A DNA stretch of 64,000 nt from Adineta vaga. Lineage: Eukaryota > Animalia > Rotifera. Of the stretch, positions 26,524 through 38,246 are shown piece after piece. Below the pieces are notes generated by a model. That model was given only the letters and a program-made list of their open reading frames with translations. It was not told the origin of the DNA and did not search any database. Positions within the stretch are counted from its first letter, which is position 1. Every line of letters begins with the position of its first letter. Where the stretch lies: NCBI GenBank assembly GCA_021613535.1, contig CP075497.1:10478001-10542000 (forward strand), read 5' to 3'. Both the position numbers and the translations under genes were made by a program.

Positions 26524-28617
26524 GTTTTATCTAAAATAAAATTGACATCTATAGCTGATTGATGTAGATAGTATCGATTTCATTACTATATTATAATTAT
26601 AATATTTGTTAGAAGTTTAAACACTATATAACTTCATGAAACATGCCTGTACGAAGTTTCGTGATTAAGGTCATAGATATAAGATGTCGCTTGAACGATC
26701 AATGTTTATCTTCTTTCGAATATTGATTCACACAGTTGACTTAAACAGATGTACTTTCAATGAACTCAAAATGGTATAGGGAAAAGTCACTCAATATTCA
26801 GATAGAATTTCATTTCAATATCTTATAAAAATCATCGATCATTCTTCAATATATTTCAGTCGAGGGTGAGAGTATAGACGTTGGTTGCGAGACTCTACAC
26901 GGGAAGTCAGTAACTTGAATATATTTTCTGAAGAAATTGATCAAATATTCAATGAATAATAAATATTTTTCGATATATGCAAAAAAAAAAGACATGAAAT
27001 GTTTATTCAAAAGTAAAGATGCATAGCTTGTTGTGATCGTCTGAAATTCCACGTGATAGGTTTCGTTATAATTAAAAAAACGAAGAACTCGATAAAAGTA
27101 AATTTTCTGTTTGTCATATAATCTGTTTTCAAAATCCCTCTATTTAAGATTTCATTTATTTCAAAATAGAAAACTAACTTTGAATTAAATTGTAAAATAT
27201 TTCTTTTTATCGAACAGTTTTGGTTAATTCATTGAAAACAGAGAACATTCTTTATTATATTTTCATACTATAATAGGAGAAATAAAATATAATAATTTTT
27301 TGTTTTCTAAATCATTTTTGTATTTATTTTTTTAAAGTTAACAAATTCATTTAATTAATTTCATAATTATGATCGAAGGTGAATAAGTATTGACTTTCTA
27401 AGGACGGATACAATCATACTGACATTTAAATTGAAGTTTTTGATTATTGTTCATTTATTCGATAAATATAAACGTATATATTATTGTGAACAGTATTTTT
27501 TACAATTTTGATCTTTCAAATAACAATATCATTCATAAATTCAGTCAATATCTCTTCCGAAATCAGAAGCAAGCAAAACAACTCTTGTTTGAAATCAAAA
27601 GTTGGAAAAATCTTCTCAACTCAAATCTATAGATAGTACTAGATGAAATTAGATTTATTATCATAATTGTTTGTCCACATTTGAATAAGGTTAGTTCATT
27701 GAAAGACAGAAAGAATAAACTTAAAGTCAAAACTATTTTCTGCAGAAATTGATTATATTTATAATAATTATATCATAAAGAATCTGGAGACAAGACTTCG
27801 TGATATATATTCTCTGTTTAAATATAAAATCTCTCCGCGAAAGAAATTCTTTTAGTTGATAAAAAGATTAATAGGCAGAATTTTTCTTACTAAAATATGC
27901 TCAAGTGTTTTTATTTGTTGTTCACTTCTCTGTTCTTTGATTCAATAGAAGACAGACTATCTTCTAGAGATTAAAATATATCTGAATTTTTTTCACGATT
28001 TTCGTTGCATGAAAATCTTCGAACTACTCGAGATTCAACATTACAGTTCGATTATATATATACAATTATGCACTTTTGTTCAGTTTATGACTATTGTATA
28101 AAAATATATTTAGTTTGGTTGTGCTTCATTTTACTCATTATTCTTTTTTGGAATAAATATGTGTATATGCAAAATATTGTTTAATACATCTAACTTCATC
28201 CGATAGCGATAGTACTATGCTGACGCTTAGCTATACTGGTTTTAAACATAAATATAGTTGCATCATTTAGGAATGTGAGATTAATCTTTTTTCATGTATT
28301 TCTATACGTCAGCAATATCTTGACGCTCTAAAGATGAAACTATAGCAATGTAAATTTTGATTATTTTGTTCATTAAGTGAGATGGTATTCAACGCCATCT
28401 ACTATAACTGATAAAATCTCATTTTTCCTAAACTAGTTCCGTTAAAATGATTGTGAATTGATGAAAATGTTACAATTTTAATATTTCATATCGGTAATCT
28501 ACACAGAGGTCATCGACAATTTTCTATTCGTTAATTTCTAAATGCAAAGTGTCAATGAATAAATCAATCAATATTCAGTTGTCACGTTATTCTATAATTT
28601 TAATTGTTTTGTGGATC

Positions 28618-29465
28618 ATGGCATCAAACTCGTATGTAATTAAATCTTTCTTTTCTTTCATCAATCTATCGACTCTTCTCTTCCGGAAGATCTACTTGCC
28701 TTCGTCCACTTGATCGCAATGAAACTGCTTGTCTTCAAAAAGGCTATAAACCTATTCGTCTTGTCTACACTGAACAACCATTAACTGCTCGTATACTTAT
28801 TGATGGTTCAAAGGTATACCATAGAAATGTTTCGTATTCAACAAATCTTTGGCATTTCTTTTCTTAGACATTACCAATCGATGATTTAATTCGTGAATTT
28901 TTCTCTTTACATCGAATGCTTTTATCTAAAACGAATCTTGATGATGTTGATATCTGTCTTATTCCACATTGTGATATACGTGAAATAACTTTAAATCAAT
29001 TAACAAAATTAAATGGTCATCAAGAACCAGTCTTACTTTTAACTGCACGTTCCAATAGTGAATATTTACTTGTTCGTGATTTAGAAGAATTAACATTTCG
29101 TCAACAAACTGGTTTAAATGTTGATATATCTGTTTTAAATAATATCAAACAAGATAATGAACGTTTACGTGAAGAAAATCATCTCCAACAAGAACGTATT
29201 GATAAATTAGAAAAGCAACTAACTGATTTCATAGCTATGCGCGATGAAATGAAACAATTGTGTAAAGAATATAAGAAAGATCTTAAAAGAACTCAAGATA
29301 AAACTGAGGATTTTTATAAAAAATTTGATCGTCTAGATCAAAAACTTAGTAAACAGTTATTTAATGAACAAAATGTTCAGATGTTGACAAGATTAAAAAG
29401 TGAATAAAAAAAAAGAACATTGAATTTTTTTCTGTTTTCATTTTTTAGATAAGCTTATTCATTGA
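28618..29465 (+). CDS. Uncharacterised protein with a small globular N-terminal region and a C-terminal coiled coil
   Basis: Phase-compatible exons MASNS|STCLRPLDRNETACLQKGYKPIRLVYTEQPLTARILIDGSK|TLPIDDLIREFF... then heptad-rich LNNIKQDNERLREENHLQQERIDKLEKQL. Ends at 29407 if unspliced or 29465 through a last intron. Confidence 0.65.
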
Positions 29466-30462
29466 TAAAACATATCTCTATGCGTAATGGTAATTAATGT
29501 GAACATCCACAGAACTTTACAGCCTACATTTTGATCTGATTACATACCATCGTATAGGTCATTATATATACACATGAATATTCAAGTGAATAATTGTTCT
29601 AGTCAATCACCGTCACTATGTCATTTAATTAAACCATAAGAGATCGTTGTTTTTTCGTCTAAATTTAGATTTGTTTGATGTCTATTTCAAGTATTCATTA
29701 GAGATTTGAATTTTTCTATTTTTGAAAAGGAAAAAAAACCCCAATTTGAATATGTCCATAGAAAAGACGGTGATAATCGATTTTTTCTTCTTTTTTGAAC
29801 TTTGATTTAAAGAAAGCTTTGGTGTTGGTTGATGTTCGTAGATAATAATTCGAATATATTTTGGTATTCTCATTATTCTATGCAATATGCTTTTATTAAT
29901 AAGTACAATTTTCTATCATCTCGATATGCTTATAGAAAGCTCTTGTCATTTAATTCATCATAATCAACCATTTTTGATCTCATATGTCACAGTTGATGAA
30001 GTAAATATATGAATAAAACGAATTCATTGGATTTCGGATGATTTAAAAAAAATTTCTTAAATCAATTGATCAATTAATTTGTCATAGAAAATTTAAGAAT
30101 TCAATTGTATTTTTGGTTTATATATGTAGAAAAAGGATGCCGATGTATCTTTACTGAAATTACGTAGGAATAAATAGAATATATTCGAAATTCAGTTTAT
30201 CTTTTCATTATTCTACTGTCACTAGCAGAACTCGAACAGAAAGAGAGAATCTGACATGCACTCGCTCTTCTTTTTCTTCATACATAGAGCTTCTATCAAA
30301 AAAAGGGTTGTCTACAGCAGAAATGGAATTAATTTATATAAATCTTCTTCTTAACATACAGTGAGCTGCTAATATTTTAAGACGAGGCATACGAGGAAAA
30401 AAAGACGCACTATACATATATACTCTTAAGTTTTTCTAGAGAAGAAGTTAGTTTTGTACAAA

Positions 30463-31630
30463 ATGTCATCTTCTAATACGAGTATGAGTGAAGCAATCAA
30501 TGCGATCAGAAATAGTGTATCTATGTTTAACCAAATATGGTTTTTCTGTCTGTATATATTTGGTGTGATAGGTCACACATTGAGTATTCTTATTTTTCTA
30601 CGTCGTTCATTCCGTGCAAGTCCGTGTACACGTTACTTTTTGGCAACAACTATATCGGGCTGTACTGTCGTTCATTTAACAATTCCATTACGATTGCTTC
30701 AAACTGTCTTCAATATTGATGTATTCATATATTCACTCGCAGGATGCAAAATTCTATCGTATCTTTTGAATTGTTTCAGGTAACATATCTTTTGAGACAC
30801 AACAAATTAACTTATGACTACAATATTTTATTCATTTAGAATATTACCACCATGGTTTATTGCTCTAGCTTCTATTGATCGGTAAGTATCAATTAGAATG
30901 ATCTTTACGACATATTCTTTATATGTTGTACTGTCTACTTTTCAAATATGTTTTGAAAATATTTTCGTTTTTTTATAGATTCTTCTGTAGTTCAACATCT
31001 GCTACTCTTCGTGGATAGAGTAGTATTCGTATTGCTTCTCGTGTCATACCACTGGTAATTCTATTCATTGGTCTTATTTATATTCATATGCCATTTAATT
31101 ATACAATTTCTGTATCACCACGATCATGTATTATTTCCACGAGTTCTTATCAAGCTTTTTATTCTATGTGGAATTTAGTTTTTTTTGCTTGGATTCCAAG
31201 TCTTTGCATGTTTACTTTTGGTTTACTCACAATTCAACATATTCGTCAAGGGAGAGAGAGAGTCGCACCTCTAACTATTCAACATCATACTCAAAGAAAT
31301 CATAAGAAAGTCGATCGACAATTAATTCAAATGTTAATAGTGCAATGTTTAGTATTTTCTTCAATATCAACTGTGAATTCAATTTTTCAACTTTATGTAT
31401 CCATATCAAATAGTAGTGTGATGAAAAATGATTTCGAAAAAGTTCGAGATACTTCTGTGTTAAGTGCTTTGAACGCAACAACTACTTTTGCTCCATGTAT
31501 GAGTTTCTATTTATTTGCATTATCAAGTCAAATGTTTCGTTCTGAGCTGATGATTTTATTTCGTCGACGTCAAGTTACACAAGGATTAAGTCATACTATG
31601 GCAACTTTTAGACATATGGCCGCTAAGTGA
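30463..31630 (+). pseudogene. Class A orphan GPCR (paralog of 24904-25929) with a single premature stop
   Basis: Exons 30463-30779, 30840-30881, 30979-31630 splice in frame as ...ALASIDRFFCSSTSATLRG*SSIRIASR; TAG at 31016-31018; the rest of the 7TM frame is intact. Confidence 0.8.
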
Positions 31631-31734
31631 CATGTTATTCGGGATTAATATTGATTTTTTGTTGTAAGAGTTTTTTTGTAAAAGAAAACTTTAATCCTTG
31701 AGAGTGTGGGTACATATATAAGATTTTAGAATTA

Positions 31735-33180
31735 CCCTCACCCAGCTTCATCCGCACTCTCTTCTGCAATATTATTAAAATCAATTTCTGGTAGTAATTG
31801 TTAACTTAAGTCAAATATTTTGTCATCGTTTAAATTCAGATATGAATTATTATGTGTACGATGCAAATGCTTCTTGTTTATTATTCATCTCTTCATCATT
31901 GATTGTGATTGATATAAGTTCAAATTGATCATGTTCTCTTAAGACTTTTTTTCCATCGTTGAACATTGTTTTTCGTAATAATACAGATTATTAATAGTTG
32001 TTGAATAATTATTTATACTATGAAAATATTGAATTTGAATTGAGAGAAAATAAAAGAAGTTTATATTCTATATTTGTCTATATGCACTCGTATAAAACAC
32101 ATCAATAGTCTAATAAAAATTAGATTCCATTAGATACAATAAATAAGTTTGCAATTAAAACTTTTTATTTGATTGTAGAGTAGAATTACTTGAATATTTA
32201 ATAATTAGACTTCTATACATTGATTGAAATTTGGTCGGATGATAATATTGAGAATGAGAATATACAGAAACAGTAAACACTGGTAATGGCATATCCGGAT
32301 CTACCACGATTGTCGTTAAACGACAGAACAAAAATGTAAGCAAATGACCAACTGTTATGTAATAAAAACCTTCATATTGAATCAAAAAAAGAAGACATAT
32401 TATGTTCTCTAAAACAATGAAAATGTAGACGATAAAATAATTTAAAAAGTAATACATACGTGTTCCGTGATTATACAAACAACTTGTAAGTAAGTTTTTC
32501 TCACTGGCATATCATTCATCATGCAATAAAGAACAATCGTAATAATTATAGGTATGCTAATAACTATTACTAAATGTACTTTTTCATGCATTGTTTAGTA
32601 AGTAATCAATTGAATGTGATGAACTTTCGGAGAAATTGTTTTTATTTTCCCTCTTATTGAATTTGTATTAGATTCAACAAGAGTAGTCACACAATGACAA
32701 CACAGTCGTCTATAAGTATTGTTTCCTGTCTTTGTTGTCTGTTGCCTGAGATTCACCTTTAGGTCAAATTCATTACTTGATTTTAATGTAGATGAATCGA
32801 TCATGTGCTTATTTCTGTTTTGAAATTTCAACTTATTTTATAGTGTATTCTCTTTCAACTCACCCACACTCAATAGACTGCGTAGTAGACGTAACAAACA
32901 AGTGTGAGATCGTAAATAGTTGAATCTTATAATTCTGATTTTGGTAAAGTCTGAAGAAGTTCAACAGTTCGAGTATTTTAGATGGTGGAATCCTTACCGT
33001 TATATTCTATAATCCCACTGCCATACATCTCGTCGCAAATGTTTCCCAGATAAACAAATTAAAGAAAATCATGTTGAACTGAACTACCGAATTTTTTAAT
33101 CAGATTTCAGGTGTTCATAAATCTAAATTAACAGGATACGGATGACGAACATGTTATCTCAACTTTGTAACGAAATGATC
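31735..33180 (-). pseudogene. Heavily decayed multi-exon gene relic, product unknown
   Basis: Coding-like minus-strand pieces: HVRHPYPVNLDL*TPEI*LKN, NTRTVELLQTLPKSEL*DSTIYDL, RLTTIVVDPDMPLPVFTVS, REHDQFELISITINDEEMNNKQEAFASYT**FISEFKR*QN, QLLPEIDFNNIAEESADEAG*. Confidence 0.4.
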
Positions 33181-35336
33181 AGATTCATTAAGTTAAGTGT
33201 CACGAAAACAACTGCACATGATTTATATATGTATACATTCATTTCCCTTTCTAAACTTTTACATGTCAATAGACGACAATTTAGTCGAGATTATGTTTAA
33301 TCATCTTTTGACCTTGATTGAAGAGAAATTAACAAGAGGCTAGACATTCCATGGTGAATTTGGTTAGTTTTTGACAGACTTAAATTTTGCTAGTGAAAAA
33401 AGTACAATCTACGATCATTCATTGACGTTATAAGAACAATGTTGATGAGAGCCTTTTCTTTGAATGATTCAATTGGTCATCAATATTAAAAATATTTAAT
33501 GCAACAAGAATGAGATATGTTACATCATTGAGTGATTTTATATTTCATTCTGAAATGCTACATACAAGTTACACATGTGAAAAGAACAAGGTTTCTTTTT
33601 CTTCAATGATGAAACATCGTTTTGACATAATCCAAACTGTTGAATAATACAATTAATTATTTGAAGTGTTTTCATTCATGTCTACTCTTTGTAACAGTTG
33701 AATATGATGAATTTTAATCACATCAGACCATTTCAAAATCATCCAACTTCTATGCAATGAGCTGCCACACATCTGTGAAATTCACAAAAATTGTGTCATG
33801 ATATGCTGTTAGGTGTTGACTTAACTATAAAAAAAATGACAAGGACAATGCGAATAAAGAATCAGTAAGAATGAACATTAATGTCAAGTAAATTTTTAGT
33901 ATGAAGATGAAAAGCACTAGTTTTATTGATTATATGATGAGTTTTTTTTTCAAGCAAATCTCTATGTATATGTTTTGTCAAGTGTAAGGAAAAAAACTGA
34001 TTTTTTCAATCTATAGAAGAGTAACGAACGGGAAAGAAAAGAAATCAGTATAAAATAAAAGAAAATATTTGTCAAGTAAATAAAAGAATAAAAAAAATTG
34101 AAGAAAATTCATTTTTATAATCTCGATCTCTTGTATTACTTGTCATTATTTAACAATAATGACCTTGTCGGTTTTTTCAAGTATATAGTAGTTGAATACT
34201 ATCAACCGCAAGTCATATGTATGTAACATAATTTAAAAGAACTGAATGTGTCTTATATACTTTATCGTTATTGTCGACATTTTAATCCATAAATGATATA
34301 ACTATTCAGCTTGTCCGTCTGTTGACCGATAGTGACAGTCGACACTTTGCATGTCTCTGTCTAGCTTTTGCTATCGTCATCACCGTCTTTTTATCGTTCA
34401 ATGGATCAGACTACTATAAAGAGGAAGAGAAAGAAAAAAATCTAGTTCCTCTCTTCCTTCTTTCTTTCTCTGTCTTCTCTCTCTCTCTTTGCTAGAAGCA
34501 GGTATAGTAGGTAAGAATAGGCATCACTGAATATACAATAACACAAAAAAAGACTGTTTGAGCGTTGTCGTCTCTCTCATTCTTTGTGGCAGTTGAAGCC
34601 ACGCGAGCTCTCTCTCTCTCTCCCCCTGCTCTCTGTACTTCTTCTCTTTTCTTCTATTGAATTTCTTGTGTAAAAGGATCCAGTAATAATGGTTTCACGT
34701 CTGTTCTTTGATGCACACAACTCACATACGTACACATATGTATGCATACGTGGAGCACAGACCTATTAACTAGACGTGTAAGTACGCAATACTACTACTA
34801 TCGTTACGAACAATCTATAATTATAAATCGTACAAGACTTGTATGTTCGATGCACCTGCATATTGTACACAAACATATGTACGAATAGATTTGGATAAAG
34901 GTACATATAAAACAATATTTGATTGCTTCTCGTTGAGTGATTCATGTTCATCAGACGACAGTAGTATTCAACACTTTACCATTTCAATTCTTATTGTCAA
35001 ATCACTTGTCTTTACTGTTGAAAAAAAAGGTAAGTTATAGGTGATCCTTTTTCAATATATCACTATGTATTGTTGAAAGAAAGTATACATTAGTATATTG
35101 AACTTCTTTCTCTTCTTCTTCTTTACTATTTAAATCTACCCTTCACCCCAATAGTAAATTATGCCGATTCAATGTTAACAAGAGAAAGAATCGACCAAAT
35201 ACATATTACATCAACTAGAGCACACGTACAATAGTAATAGATGTTATTCTTAGAAAAAGAATGGTCATAATTAGCTTCGAGCTCGATGACAAGTTTCATG
35301 TAATGAACAACGTCTTATTCTTTTTTTTCTTCTAGA

Positions 35337-36461
35337 ATGCACCCTCCTTCTTCCGCACGTGATCGTTCATTTTATGCCAAGTTTTACAGTCGTCATCCAT
35401 CCGAAATTGAAATCATTGATAAAATACAATCATCACCCTCATCCTCTGTTCTACGAACATTATCACAAAGTCCAACAACAATAATACCAATATTGTCAGA
35501 TGTGACATCAACTCACACGTCAGGCTTTTTCTCGTCTTCTGATTGTTCATCATCGGAATCAACGAGTTCATATACTAAACGTCGACGTACAACAGCACCG
35601 ATTATACAAGAACGTTTAAATACTTATGAATCAGCTTGTACTCGTCCTAGTTTACCTTTACCATCATTACTTTCATCTAAACAAAAAATTCAATCAATTT
35701 CTACACTATCATCCTCATCTCTAGTCAATCCAATGATTTCACAACAAATATCAATAAGACAAACAAAAAATTCATCGAATTCAATCGATAATGATACATC
35801 AAAATCAATTCGAATTATACAAGATAATTCATCTTCATCATTATCACCAACAAATTCAATCATAAATGAGAAGACAATTTCTTTAGATTCATCTAAACGA
35901 TATCTGTCAAAATCAACAAGTCATCTTTGTGAACAATCATTAAATAATATGAAAGATGATCCTGTGTCTTCTTCTTCATCATCAAAAAATATTCTCGATA
36001 TTATACAAGAAGAATTGGTAAGTAAACAAGTTTTATTTATCGAAAAAGATCATCAGATTTCATTTATTCTTTAGACAGAAATTCGTCGTGCTGATCATGA
36101 TTTGAAAAACATGTTTCTTTCGATATATGGGAAAATTCAAAATATTCAACAAATAAAATCAAATACAACTTATCAACCAAAAGGTCAACGATATCATTAT
36201 CTTCGTTCTGAACGACCTTCACGTTTAATCGCACATTGTTGTTATTCAAGTAATAGCGATATTCGTCGATCAAGTTGTACTCATCATAATCGAAAATATG
36301 CACTTCATTCCGCTGTTGTATTACGAAATCGTATGAATAATTTACGTGTCACATCAACAGCGGATAATGATAGTTATGTAGATACAGATTCCTTGTCTTC
36401 CTCATCAGATAGTGGAACATGTAATTCATCCGTCGATAATGAACCTTGTGGTGATGCATGA
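35337..36461 (+). CDS. Ser-rich disordered protein with a short LURAP1/FAM89/FAM167-like helical motif
   Basis: Intron ~36018-36074 joins ILDIIQEEL|TEIRRADHDLKNMFLSIYGKIQNIQQIK, which resembles the FAM89/LURAP/FAM167 leucine-repeat core. A probable 5' UTR exon ends at a GTAAGT donor at ~35030. Confidence 0.6.
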
Positions 36462-36551
36462 GAGAAGTTCTTTATTGTTCTTTGTTTTTTTTTTATAAAT
36501 TAAAAAATTCAGAGTAAATTAGTATATATATATATATAAATATATCAATCA

Positions 36552-36998
36552 TTAATTTGTTGATGTTTTTTCAAATGTCATACGAATATGAATATCACCA
36601 CGACTACCAAAACCGAGAAAACCTGGTAGTTTAATCCAATCATCAACATGTCCTTTTTTAATAACATTGTCAAGACTAACTTTCGCTGAACCGATTAAAT
36701 CAGGTTTTTTTCCTTCATCTTCATCATATACATTTATATGAACATATTCATTACTTGGCCATGTATTACTAAATCGAAATATAAAATTTGAATAAAGAAA
36801 AAAGAGAACAAATTTCATTACTTACAACTCAAATGTTTCATTCCATATGGGTCGTTCAACATCTTTTAATGCAGTAGTTTTATGTTTGTTTTTTTCATCA
36901 ATATAAACTTCAACATATGGATCGTTGAAGTCTGTTTTATCTTTATCTGCAAGTTTTGCTGCTTCAACTATAGTTACACGAAGATGTCCTTGAGCCAT
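36552..36998 (-). CDS. Small single C2-domain Ca2+/phospholipid-binding protein
   Basis: Two exons (intron 36769-36825): LRVTIVEAAKLADKD..DPYVEV..PIWNETFEF..VYDEDEGKKPDLIGSAKVSL..GDIHIRMTF; acidic Ca2+ ligands retained. TATA-like element at ~37050-37060. Confidence 0.88.
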
Positions 36999-37172
36999 AG
37001 AAATTTTGCACCCGTTTTTTGTTTCGTTGAAAGAGTACAAAAAAGTGGTTTACAAGTATAATTCGCGTCTTATTTATATAGAAAGGATAGAGGATAGTCA
37101 CGTGTAACGTTTATTTCGTCGTAAAAGAATCAAAGACAAAAATAGATTTTTGAGATTCTTATTTAATCTTTG

Positions 37173-38204
37173 TCATTGGTTTGACGATTTCCAATGAGTG
37201 AGTAATGGACGTTGAATTCCAAACTGTGATACGGACAGACGACGATCTTCTGTTAATATATTATCTATAAGCATGTTTGTTATCTCTTGTTTTTTATCTT
37301 CATATTCCATTCTTTCTTTTAAACTTCGTTGACATTGCTTTTGATCAGCCTATTGATAAATAACATAGAAATATGAATAATAGGACAGTCTATTAATTTA
37401 TTACCAATGCTCGATTGAATGCTTTGATATCATTGTTTAACTGACATCGTCGCGTCATTTGTATGACTTCAAGAGTTTTCACACGATTTACGATCGCCAG
37501 CTGATTGTAATCATATGCTTCGTCAGCCATGTGTTGTTCTTCGACTTCGAGACATTTTTGACGACACTAAACAAAAGATATACCCTGTAGTATTTTTACA
37601 TTTTTCTTGTTATATACTACCTGTTCAGTGATCCATCGATTCATTTGATCCTTTTGTTTTCTTTCTCGATCTTGTTTATTTCGATCTTCACCTTCAAAAT
37701 ATAAACAATTACCACTGATCGAATTGTCTTCAATATTTAACATTGTTGTGTCAGTTAAATCATATTCTCGAGCGTATTTTGTTTGTTGATATTTCTTACG
37801 GAAGTTATCTATATCTTGTGCTAGACGACGACGATCATATTCTTGTCGATTTCGAAGTAGTTCAACAATAGCATTATGCTTTTTGTAATCACAAGCTCAA
37901 ACATATAGAAAATATAGATACAAATACATAATGCGTATTTATATACCATATGCTTGAGATAATTTTTCTTCGTTATTATCGAATCGATTTTTATCATTAA
38001 TCTGTTGTACAAGTGTCACTTGATCAGTCTACTATATAAGAATGATAATAGGAAGATAAATGATTGTCATACAGATGAGAGTTTTGATTTGACATTTTTC
38101 AATTGTTCTTCTCTATGCTTTTCTATATATCGCCAACGTTCAATTACACCATGTTCTTTAATATCCGATTCAGTTAACAGATGTAAATCATTACTTGTAG
38201 TCAT
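37173..38204 (-). CDS. RIBC: Divergent, C-terminally short RIB43A-domain protein (RIBC1/RIBC2-like microtubule inner protein); not in the ORF track
   Basis: Five exons splice in frame: MTTSNDLHLLTESDIKEHGVIERWRYIEKHREEQLKNVK..|TDQVTLVQQINDK..|..RRLAQDIDNFRKKYQQTKYAREYDLTD..YFEGEDRNKQDRERKQKDQMNRWITEQ|..FNRAL|..DNILTEDRRLSVSQFGIQRPLLTHWKSSNQ*. These correspond to the RIB43A motifs REFDL, FxGED and PHRVxxDRWKG. Confidence 0.82.
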
Positions 38205-38246
38205 CAATGTAAACGGAGGGAAATCTAATTAGATTGAATCATCATT

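Noticed and set aside
27447-27830. Possible F-box/LRR-like pseudogene with an intron
   Set aside because: Too degenerate; no diagnostic motif could be read.
34843-35040. 65-aa ORF as the first coding exon of the Ser-rich gene
   Set aside because: Its donor phase does not match the frame of the 35337 exon; more likely 5' UTR or a uORF.
36999-37172. RIB43A-like to C2 gene, 174-bp gap, as an operon
   Set aside because: The gap has its own TATA-like element and a CACGTG box. It shows that short spacing alone does not imply polycistronic transcription.
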